Part shown: positions 8,375 through 15,393 of the stretch, piece by piece
How positions within the stretch are numbered: position 1 is the first letter of the stretch
Layout: the number at the start of each line of letters is the position of its first letter
Virus record (IMG/VR): IMGVR_UViG_2675903609_000002
Coordinates: 1-15,393 of that record
From: a virus
Taxonomy: Duplodnaviria > Heunggongvirae > Uroviricota > Caudoviricetes
Length of the DNA stretch: 15,393 bases
Strand: one strand, 5' to 3'
Position numbers and translations under genes: made by a program
The notes under the pieces: model-generated
Told to the model about the DNA's origin: nothing
The model's database searches: none
The model's input: only the letters and a program-made list of their open reading frames with translations

Positions 8375-9343
8375 TTAGTAGGTTATTTTTGTTGCGAATA
8401 CTTCGCCTTTTACGATGGCTGTTATGATATTTTTAGCAACATCTTCTGATGCACCAACCTTGATAAGGTCAGCAAGTATTTTGTTATTTACTTCTTTCCG
8501 GTGAGCTTTATCCTTTGCTCTACGCTCTTCTTCTTCCTTGATTCTTTTTTCTTCTGCTATTCTGGCTTGCTCTTTTGCTTCAGCATCGCGACGGATTCGT
8601 TCAGCCTCCTCCTGTGCTTTTCTGCGTTCTGCTTCAATTGCTGCCTGCTTTTCTCTTTCAGCTCGTTCTGCTGCCTCTTTTGCTTCGCGCTGTGCTCGCT
8701 GCTCGGCTTCAATGCGTTCACGCTCTGCACGTTCCGCTGCGGCCTTAGCTTCTGCTTCTCGCCTTGCTGCTGCTTCAATTTCGGCTTTTGCCTTTGCTTC
8801 GGCTTCTGCTCTGGCTTTCTCTTCAGCTTCTCTTTTTAAGCGTTCTTCATGCTCTCGCTTTTCCTGCTCCGCTTTGAGTCTTGCCTCTTCTCTTTGGCGG
8901 TCAAATTCGCGATCCATCAAAATAGCTATTTCATGGTCAGACTCAATTTGCTTTGCGAGAGCTTCAGCTGCTGCCTTAGCTTCTTCTTCGGCTTTAATCC
9001 GCGCCTGTTCTTCCTCATAATCAGTAAGAGGCTGGCGCGCCTTGGCTTTCAGTTCATCAAGGCGATCGCGCACTGTCTTGCGGTTAGCATCAATTAGCTT
9101 TGGAATTTCCTTCAGTTCAGCAACAAGGTCTTTGCCAAGACCATCGAGATATGTTTTCGTCTGCGCAACTTTATACGCCAGAGAAGCGATCTCCTTTCTG
9201 CCCTTTGCCGTTGTGATATCAGGCACAAAGGACATAACTTCACGTTCAACCTTTTGAAGGATTTCTTCAATCTGGTCGGCAGACTGAAATACAGTCATTG
9301 CATTTGCTTTTTCAATAACAACTAAATCTGTTACTTCACTCAT
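8375..9343 (-). CDS. Hypothetical early protein, 322 aa: N-terminal ~120-aa domain, ~170-aa Ala/Glu/Lys/Arg-rich coiled-coil region, short C-terminal domain
   Basis: SD GGAGGA 5 nt upstream of ATG 9343. Long ORF in operon orientation. The central region is low-complexity at DNA level. Confidence 0.7.
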   Translation of the reverse strand: MSEVTDLVVIEKANAMTVFQSADQIEEILQKVEREVMSFVPDITTAKGRKEIASLAYKVAQTKTYLDGLGKDLVAELKEIPKLIDANRKTVRDRLDELKAKARQPLTDYEEEQARIKAEEEAKAAAEALAKQIESDHEIAILMDREFDRQREEARLKAEQEKREHEERLKREAEEKARAEAEAKAKAEIEAAARREAEAKAAAERAERERIEAEQRAQREAKEAAERAEREKQAAIEAERRKAQEEAERIRRDAEAKEQARIAEEKRIKEEEERRAKDKAHRKEVNNKILADLIKVGASEDVAKNIITAIVKGEVFATKITY

Positions 9344-9355
9344 ATATCCTCCGTC

Positions 9356-9384
9356 AAAAAAATTGCCCTCACACTGGAGGGCAA
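9356..9384 (-). terminator. Intrinsic terminator immediately upstream of the 322-aa gene
   Basis: Minus-strand RNA UUGCCCUC-CAGUGU-GAGGGCAA followed by U7; the gene's SD starts 5 nt later. Confidence 0.6.
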
Positions 9385-9500
9385 AGAAGATTTCCAATAA
9401 TCAGAACAAGTCGGCTCCTGTTTAGTTACGAGCGACATTGCTCCGTGTATTCACTCGTTGGAATGAATACACAGTGCAGTGTTTATTCTGTTGTTTATGC

Positions 9501-9528
9501 CAAAAATAAAGGCCACCGTCAGGCAGCC
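9501..9528 (-). terminator. Intrinsic terminator candidate overlapping the ral stop codon
   Basis: Minus-strand RNA GGCUGCC-UGAC-GGUGGCC (two G.U pairs) followed by UUUAUUUUU. Confidence 0.45.
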
Positions 9529-9719
9529 TTGTTGTTCAGTTTACCAAGTTCTCTGGCAATCATTGCCGTCGTTCGTATTGCCCATTTATCGACATATTTC
9601 CCATCTTCCATTACAGGAAACATTTCTTCAGGCTTAACCATGCATTCCGATTGCAGCTTGCATCCATTGCATCGCTTGAATTGTCCACACCATTGATTTT
9701 TATCAATGGTCGTAGTCAT
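9519..9719 (-). CDS. ral: Ral restriction-alleviation protein, 66 aa
   Basis: MTTTIDKNQWCGQFKRCNGCKLQSECMVKPEEMFPVMEDGKYVDKWAIRTTAMIARELGK... matches lambda Ral almost residue-for-residue from memory. Confidence 0.9.
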   Translation of the reverse strand: MTTTIDKNQWCGQFKRCNGCKLQSECMVKPEEMFPVMEDGKYVDKWAIRTTAMIARELGKLNNKAA

Positions 9720-9789
9720 ACGGATAGTCCTGGTATTGTTCCATCACATCCTGAGGATGCTCTTCGAACTCTTCAAATTCTTCTTCCAT
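9703..9789 (-). CDS. Small acidic ORF, 28 aa, between N and ral
   Basis: ATG 9789 with SD GGTG 4 nt upstream. Translation MEEEFEEFEEHPQDVMEQYQDYPYDYDH; overlaps the ral start by 16 nt. Confidence 0.35.
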   Translation of the reverse strand: MEEEFEEFEEHPQDVMEQYQDYPYDYDH

Positions 9790-9797
9790 ATATCACC

Positions 9798-10124
9798 TCA
9801 AATAAGTGGTTTGCTGCCTAATTTCATTTTCTGGCGACCAACACAAGTCACACCCATTTCACTGCGTGGCTTGCTGTACCATGTGCGCTGATTCTTGCGC
9901 TCAATACGCTGCAGGTTGCTTTCAATCTGTTCGTGGTATTCAGCCAGCACCGTAAGGTCTATCGGATTCAGTGCGCTTTCTACTCGTGATTTCGGTTTGC
10001 GATTCAGCGAGAGAATAGGGCGGTTAACTGGTTTTGCGCTTACCCCAACCAACAGGGGATTTGCTGCTTTCCATTGAGCCTGTTTCTCTGCGCGACGTTC
10101 GCGGCGGCGTGTTTGAGAGTCCAT
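9798..10124 (-). CDS. N: Antitermination protein N, 108 aa
   Basis: MDSQTRRRERRAEKQAQWKAANPLLVGVSAKPVNRPILSLNRKPKSRVESALNPIDLTVLAEYH... is near-identical to lambda N (Arg-rich motif intact), differing mainly in the C-terminal ~20 aa. Confidence 0.95.
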   Translation of the reverse strand: MDSQTRRRERRAEKQAQWKAANPLLVGVSAKPVNRPILSLNRKPKSRVESALNPIDLTVLAEYHEQIESNLQRIERKNQRTWYSKPRSEMGVTCVGRQKMKLGSKPLI

Positions 10125-10165
10125 ATATCATCCTCAGATAAATGGCCCCTCAGCGGGGCCGACAG

Positions 10166-10294
10166 TTATTGGCAGGTTGCGTACTTGCTGATGCAGGAGA
10201 AGATTTCCACGATTCGCGTCATTGTTGTTTCAGGACGCTTTGCTTCATCACGCATTGACTTCAACCAAGCCATAAAGTGTTCGTTATGTTTCAT
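10166..10294 (-). CDS. Small ORF, 42 aa, inserted between the N leader and N (not in ORF track)
   Basis: ACAGGAG-ATGAAC-ATG: it uses the SD that precedes N directly in lambda. Translation MKHNEHFMAWLKSMRDEAKRPETTMTRIVEIFSCISKYATCQ. A GGCCCC-GCUGA-GGGGCC hairpin (10144-10160) follows. Confidence 0.35.
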   Translation of the reverse strand: MKHNEHFMAWLKSMRDEAKRPETTMTRIVEIFSCISKYATCQ

Positions 10295-10561
10295 GTTCAT
10301 CTCCTGTCAGTTAGCTTTGGTGGTGTGGTGGCTGGTAGTCTAGCTCCAGCTTGTTGAGTCTCATTCGGAGGGGTATAACCGGCACCCCAGCGATTTTTCC
10401 ATGCGACAACGTGCGCGTTATGGCGGCCTTATCGCCCGCGGCTCCCCATCTCGTCCACGCTATTGCTAGCGTTGGGAGCGCTTCACCGCTCAACAGTAGG
10501 TAAGCACTTGCCAGTGACTAGCTGGCTTCACCACACCCCAAAGCCTTCTGCTTTGAATGCT

Positions 10562-10592
10562 GCCCTTCTTCAGGGCTTAATTTTTAAGAGCC
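10562..10592 (-). promoter_or_regulatory. nutL (boxA-like + boxB hairpin)
   Basis: Minus strand reads GGCTCTTAAAAATTAA-GCCCTGAAGAAGGGC. The boxB hairpin matches lambda nutL as I recall it; boxA has G where lambda has C at its first position. Confidence 0.8.
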
Positions 10593-10636
10593 TCACCTTC
10601 ATGGTGGTCAGTGCGTCCTGCTGATGGCTTAAAATT

Positions 10637-10704
10637 ACAAGAAAGATTGTATGTTGTAAACAAGAAATATTGTAAAAAGGGGCGTGAAAAACAAACTCCA
10701 TTGT
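10637..10704. promoter_or_regulatory. OL operator cluster (OL1 10637-10650, OL2 10660-10673, OL3 10691-10704) with the PL promoter
   Basis: Three 14-bp ACAA-N6-TTGT sites: ACAAGAAAGATTGT, ACAAGAAATATTGT, ACAAACTCCATTGT. Minus-strand -35 candidates TTTACA at 10660-10655 or 10676-10671; hexamers not resolved. Confidence 0.75.
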
Positions 10705-10753
10705 TTTTAAATGAAAAATAGTTTGTTTTTGGTTATCGAGATTGAGGTGGGGA

Positions 10754-12106
<1,353 letters not shown>

Positions 12107-12114
12107 GACATTCC

Positions 12115-12146
12115 CGCTCTTACACATCCCAGCCCTGAAAAAGGGC
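12115..12146 (+). promoter_or_regulatory. nutR (boxA CGCTCTTACACA + boxB GCCCTGAAAAAGGGC)
   Basis: Matches lambda nutR boxA/boxB from memory; sits just after the cro stop. Confidence 0.8.
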
Positions 12147-12215
12147 ATTACCAGAAACAAATCTCTATGGTTTTGCGTTTCTTTGCGAAGCCAACTCTAT
12201 CTAATCATTAAGGAA

Positions 12216-12248
12216 ATTATCTATGGGTACTATTGCAACTAAAAGCAA
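12216..12248 (-). promoter_or_regulatory. PRE-like cII-activated promoter (TTGC-N6-TTGC box at 12248-12235, -10 GATAAT at 12221-12216)
   Basis: Minus strand reads TTGCTTTTAGTTGC, 13 nt, GATAAT, inside the first cII codons. This is the same architecture and position as lambda PRE. Confidence 0.55.
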
Positions 12249-12504
12249 GAAAGCGGCTCGCATCGAGTCAGCCTTGCTGAACAAACTGGCACTGATGGGG
12301 CAGAAGACATTCGCTCGAGCAATGGGGGTTCCTGAATATCAGGTAAGCCGATGGAAGAATGGTTTCTTCTCGCAGGTAAGCATGATGCTTGCTGTTCTGG
12401 AATACGGAATCGAAGACGATGAAATGGCTGAATTGACTAAGCGGCTTGCCGATTACCTGACAAAAGAAAAAGCCCCGAAGAACGGCGAATTCTTCGAGGC
12501 CTAA
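12223..12504 (+). CDS. cII: cII transcriptional activator, 93 aa
   Basis: ...[15 protein letters not shown]...[10 protein letters not shown]...[19 protein letters not shown]... parallels lambda cII. SD AAGGA upstream. Confidence 0.85.
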   Translation: MGTIATKSKKAARIESALLNKLALMGQKTFARAMGVPEYQVSRWKNGFFSQVSMMLAVLEYGIEDDEMAELTKRLADYLTKEKAPKNGEFFEA

Positions 12505-12538
12505 TGTAGAAAGACTGGATCAATCCACGGGAGTAATT

Positions 12539-12685
12539 ATGACAAAACAACTCAGTCCTTACCAGGACAAAATTCACAAACACATACTACGTGATCGCTT
12601 CCTGTCCAGCTTCAAGCAGCATGGTCGATTCCGGGCTGAGTTGGAAAAAGTGAAGCTGATGCAGAAGGAGAAAGGTCATGAGTAA
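12539..12685 (+). CDS. Small ORF, 48 aa, between cII and O (not in ORF track)
   Basis: SD GGGAG 8 nt upstream of ATG 12539. Translation [48 protein letters not shown]; overlaps the O start by 8 nt. Confidence 0.4.
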   Translation: MTKQLSPYQDKIHKHILRDRFLSSFKQHGRFRAELEKVKLMQKEKGHE

Positions 12686-13538
12686 TCTTGCAACCGTAAC
12701 ACATTTAAGGCCTTCACAACGGCCTGTGGAGCGTCGTGTGGCAGAAGTTGAAGATGGTTATACCCGTCTTGCAAATGCCCTGTATGAAGAGCTTATCGGC
12801 GCAGATTTAACGAAAAATCAGAGCAAGGTTGCCCACGCCATATGCCGTAAAACATACGGCTACGGTAAAAAGATGGATCGCATCTCTGATAGTCAGTTAG
12901 CTCAAATTACCAGGCTGCCAAGACAGAAGGTAAACAAGGCCAAGAATGAGCTTATCGCGATGAAGGTTATCCTTCGCGAAGGCCAGCAAATCGGGCCTAA
13001 CAAGAACATCGAGGAATGGCAAATAGAAGGGTGTCACTACTCTGGTGATAATGTCACTGCATTGGTGACAAAAAGTGTCACCAAAACGGTGACAGCGCTG
13101 TCACCAAAACAGGGACACACAAAAGAAACTATTACAAAAGAAAAAAGAAATAATAAAAACACTATGTCCGAAAGTGTTCGGACGGAGTGTGAAAAATCAC
13201 ATGACCGTCACGAAGAAACCGACAAGGCATTCGAGGAAATATTCTGGTGTGCAGGCATGCGGAAAGCCGGGAAGAAAAACGCAGCTTCGGCATTCAGAAC
13301 ACAGTTCAGGGAATGGCGTAAAACTACCAGGGGTACGGCAAGCGAGTTTGCCACGATGCTGGCAGAAGACATCGCATGCAGGAATGGTAAGCAGTTCGGA
13401 TTCGACAGGTTGTTACCATCGAGCTACCTGAACGGTCAACGCTGGAACGACGAGAAGCCAGAAACTATTCAACCACAATCCAAACCATCATCCGCAATCA
13501 CCGTATCGAAAACTGGCTACGTGTTTTTCGACAGGTGA
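12678..13538 (+). CDS. O: Replication initiator O-like protein, 286 aa
   Basis: N-terminal ~100 aa (...[58 protein letters not shown]...) parallel lambda O. SD AGGAGA upstream; iteron origin inside the gene. Confidence 0.9.
   Translation: MSNLATVTHLRPSQRPVERRVAEVEDGYTRLANALYEELIGADLTKNQSKVAHAICRKTYGYGKKMDRISDSQLAQITRLPRQKVNKAKNELIAMKVILREGQQIGPNKNIEEWQIEGCHYSGDNVTALVTKSVTKTVTALSPKQGHTKETITKEKRNNKNTMSESVRTECEKSHDRHEETDKAFEEIFWCAGMRKAGKKNAASAFRTQFREWRKTTRGTASEFATMLAEDIACRNGKQFGFDRLLPSSYLNGQRWNDEKPETIQPQSKPSSAITVSKTGYVFFDR
13032..13165. other. Replication origin: four 19-bp iterons (13032-13050, 13052-13070, 13076-13094, 13099-13117) plus AT-rich region (13118-13165)
   Basis: Palindromic iterons TGTCACY-N5-RGTGACA, two with an AAAAC spacer, then about 48 bp of A-rich DNA. 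Lambda ori inside O has the same architecture (TCCCTC-AAAAC-GAGGGA). Confidence 0.75.
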
Positions 13539-13541
13539 ACC

Positions 13542-13649
13542 ATGAAATCAAAAATCAAATCGCTACTGGTTGCTGGTTATAACCACGGCTGGTTAAGTAT
13601 TTCGTTTGTCGATTTCTGGTTTAAAAATCTCAATCTGAGGGAATCATGA
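13542..13649 (+). CDS. Small hydrophobic ORF, 35 aa, bridging O and the primase-helicase
   Basis: ATG 13542 lies 3 nt after the O stop. Its stop TGA overlaps the primase-helicase ATG (ATGA). Translation MKSKIKSLLVAGYNHGWLSISFVDFWFKNLNLRES. Weak SD. Confidence 0.3.
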   Translation: MKSKIKSLLVAGYNHGWLSISFVDFWFKNLNLRES

Positions 13650-15393
13650 CGCCAAGTGAACTTAGCGACCTGCTTTGGGCGCAGGTTGACAGGGTGGCTC
13701 CGCACCTGTTGCCAAACGGCAAGAAAGAGGGGCATGAGTGGGTTGCCGGTAACGTCAATGGTGACAAGGGAAACAGCCTTAAGGTCAACCTTAGCGGCAA
13801 GAAAAAATGGGCTGATTTCGCTGAGGGAGACGGCGGTGACATGCTTGATTTGTGGATGGCATGTCGTGGAATTAACCTGCATCAGGCTATGCAGGAAGCG
13901 AAAGCATTTCTCGGTATCAAGGATGACGATCACCATTTCGATGCCAAACGTGAGAAAAAATTCTCCAGACCTGATCGCAAGAAAATCGCCCGCTACGTTA
14001 CCAGAACAGAATCCCATCTTGAGTACCTGCAATCGCGTGGCATATCGCCAGAAGTCGTAAAGCGCTACGAGGTTGTCAGCGGCAAGGTGTGGAATGGAGA
14101 ACGAGAACTTGATGCACTGGTGCTTCCGTACAAACGCGATGGTGAGTTGTTGCAGGTCAAGCGAATCAGCACTGAGCGCCCGGACGGGAAGAAAGTCATT
14201 ATGGCAGAAGGTGATTGCGAACCTTGTCTGTTCGGATGGCAGGCTCTGGACGCTGGCGTGAGGGCGGTTGTACTTTGCGAAGGCGAAATTGATTGTATGA
14301 GCTATGCGCAATACGGCATCTCGGCGTTATCCGTGCCGTTTGGTGGAGGGAAAGGCGCTAAGCAACAGTGGATTGAGTTTGAGTACCACAACCTCGACAG
14401 GTTTGAGGAAATATTCATCTCGATGGACGTTGATGATGTTGGTCGTGAAGCCGCAAGGGAAATCGCAAGCCGACTCGGTGAACATCGTTGCCGTCTTGTT
14501 ACTCTGCCGTACAAAGACATCAACGAATGCCTGATGAACGGTGTTACCGAGGATGAAATCTGGCAGTACATCGGCACGGCATCCTACTTTGATCCTGAAG
14601 AACTCTACAGCGCGCGAGAGTTTTACCAGGACACTATCAACGCTTTCTACGGCAAGCAGCAGTATCTGTTTAATCCACCGTGGGAATCTCTGGCAGATAA
14701 ATTCCAGTTTCGTGAGGCCGAGTTGACGCTGGTCAATGGTGTGAACGGTCACGGAAAAACGGAGGTTGTCGGGCATATGGCACTTGAGGCAATGCGTCAG
14801 GGTGTGAAGACGTGCATCGCGTCACTTGAGCTGAAGCCTGGTATTCTCCTTAAGCGCCTTACCCGTCAGGCGACGTGCTGCAAGATGCCGCCAGTGCTGG
14901 AAATTGACTCTGCATTTAAATTTTATGACGAAAGACTTTGGGTGTTTGGCCTGACTGGAACGGCGAAAGCCGACAGGCTGATCGAAATATTCGACTACGC
15001 TCGCCGCCGATACGGCATCCAGTTATTCATCATCGACAGCCTGATGAAATGCGGCATAGGTGACGATGACTATAACGGGCAGAAAGCATTTGTTGACTCG
15101 ATTTGTGACTTCAAAAACAAAACAAACTCCCACGTCATTCTCGTTACTCACTCCAGAAAAGGAGATAGCGAAGAAAAACCAACCGGGAAAATGGACGTAA
15201 AAGGCTCTGGAGCGATAACAGACCTGACAGACAACCTTTTTATCATCTGGCGTAACAAGGCTCGCGAGAGAGCGTTACAGAGAGTTCAGAGTGGTGAAAA
15301 GATGTCAGAGAAGGACGAACAGCTACTGGCATCTCCGGCATCTGTTTTGATGCTTGAAAAACAACGTAACGGCGAAGGTTGGGAAGGTGGTGT
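13646..15393 (+). CDS. Bifunctional DNA primase (toprim) / DnaB-like replicative helicase, 5' partial (3' end beyond window)
   Basis: Open frame from ATG 13646 (SD GAGGG) to the window end with no stop, 582 codons. Absent from the ORF track because it is open-ended. Toprim motifs VLCEGEIDCMSY and SMDVDDVGREAA; Walker A GVNGHGKT; Walker B-like LFIIDSLMK. Confidence 0.85.
   Translation, partial: MTPSELSDLLWAQVDRVAPHLLPNGKKEGHEWVAGNVNGDKGNSLKVNLSGKKKWADFAEGDGGDMLDLWMACRGINLHQAMQEAKAFLGIKDDDHHFDAKREKKFSRPDRKKIARYVTRTESHLEYLQSRGISPEVVKRYEVVSGKVWNGERELDALVLPYKRDGELLQVKRISTERPDGKKVIMAEGDCEPCLFGWQALDAGVRAVVLCEGEIDCMSYAQYGISALSVPFGGGKGAKQQWIEFEYHNLDRFEEIFISMDVDDVGREAAREIASRLGEHRCRLVTLPYKDINECLMNGVTEDEIWQYIGTASYFDPEELYSAREFYQDTINAFYGKQQYLFNPPWESLADKFQFREAELTLVNGVNGHGKTEVVGHMALEAMRQGVKTCIASLELKPGILLKRLTRQATCCKMPPVLEIDSAFKFYDERLWVFGLTGTAKADRLIEIFDYARRRYGIQLFIIDSLMKCGIGDDDYNGQKAFVDSICDFKNKTNSHVILVTHSRKGDSEEKPTGKMDVKGSGAITDLTDNLFIIWRNKARERALQRVQSGEKMSEKDEQLLASPASVLMLEKQRNGEGWEGG

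Noticed and set aside
8501-9257. Plus-strand ORFs 8501..8839, 8538..9020, 8849..9097 and 9042..9257, and minus ORF 8557..8778
   Set aside because: They are Ser/Ala/Cys/Phe-rich low-complexity translations of the other frames and strand of the repetitive coiled-coil coding region; no SD or start context. Byproduct of the repeat DNA.
9445-10343. Plus-strand ORFs 9445..9696, 9706..9891, 9895..10077 and 10074..10343 across ral, N and the leader
   Set aside because: Antisense to the near-lambda-identical ral and N genes and to the PL leader; no start context.
10311-10493. 60-aa minus-strand ORF inside the PL leader
   Set aside because: It has no ATG (non-ATG start only) and no SD, and spans the GC-rich segment that forms hairpins and a long-range helix. 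More likely structured leader RNA than coding.
13577-14776. Minus-strand ORFs 13577..14311, 14302..14577 and 14327..14776, and plus ORFs 13656..14060, 14073..14261, 14304..14534 and 14541..14726
   Set aside because: All lie inside or antisense to the long open primase-helicase frame (13646 to the window end), which has clear catalytic motifs. None has a convincing start context.

Overview
This 15.4-kb window joins a degraded chaperone-usher fimbrial operon to the early region of a lambdoid prophage with phage 434-type immunity. All calls come from reading the sequence and from my memory of lambda, 434 and IS2; no searches were run. Left end (1-2493, minus strand): the 3' end of an IS2 copy sits inside a fimbrial usher gene, and the adjacent fimbrial chaperone has lost its signal peptide. 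From about 2560 to the right edge, the leftward PL operon carries N, Ral, a 322-aa charged coiled-coil protein, cIII, a Kil-like peptide, a Rad52-family annealase, SSB, a DnaQ-like exonuclease, several uncharacterised genes, a Lar-family protein, Ea22-like and DUF551-like proteins, a zinc-ribbon protein and an AlpA/Xis-like gene. No integrase or attachment site is present. The immunity region has 434 cI and cro with OR1-3 and OL1-3, nutL, nutR and cII. Rightward there is an O-like initiator with an internal iteron origin, then a toprim primase/DnaB-like helicase fusion running off the window. The best candidate for something new is a signal-peptide protein translationally coupled to cI in the rex position (10754-11158). 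Also notable are a small ORF plus hairpin inserted between the N leader and N, and the coiled-coil gene behind tandem terminators.
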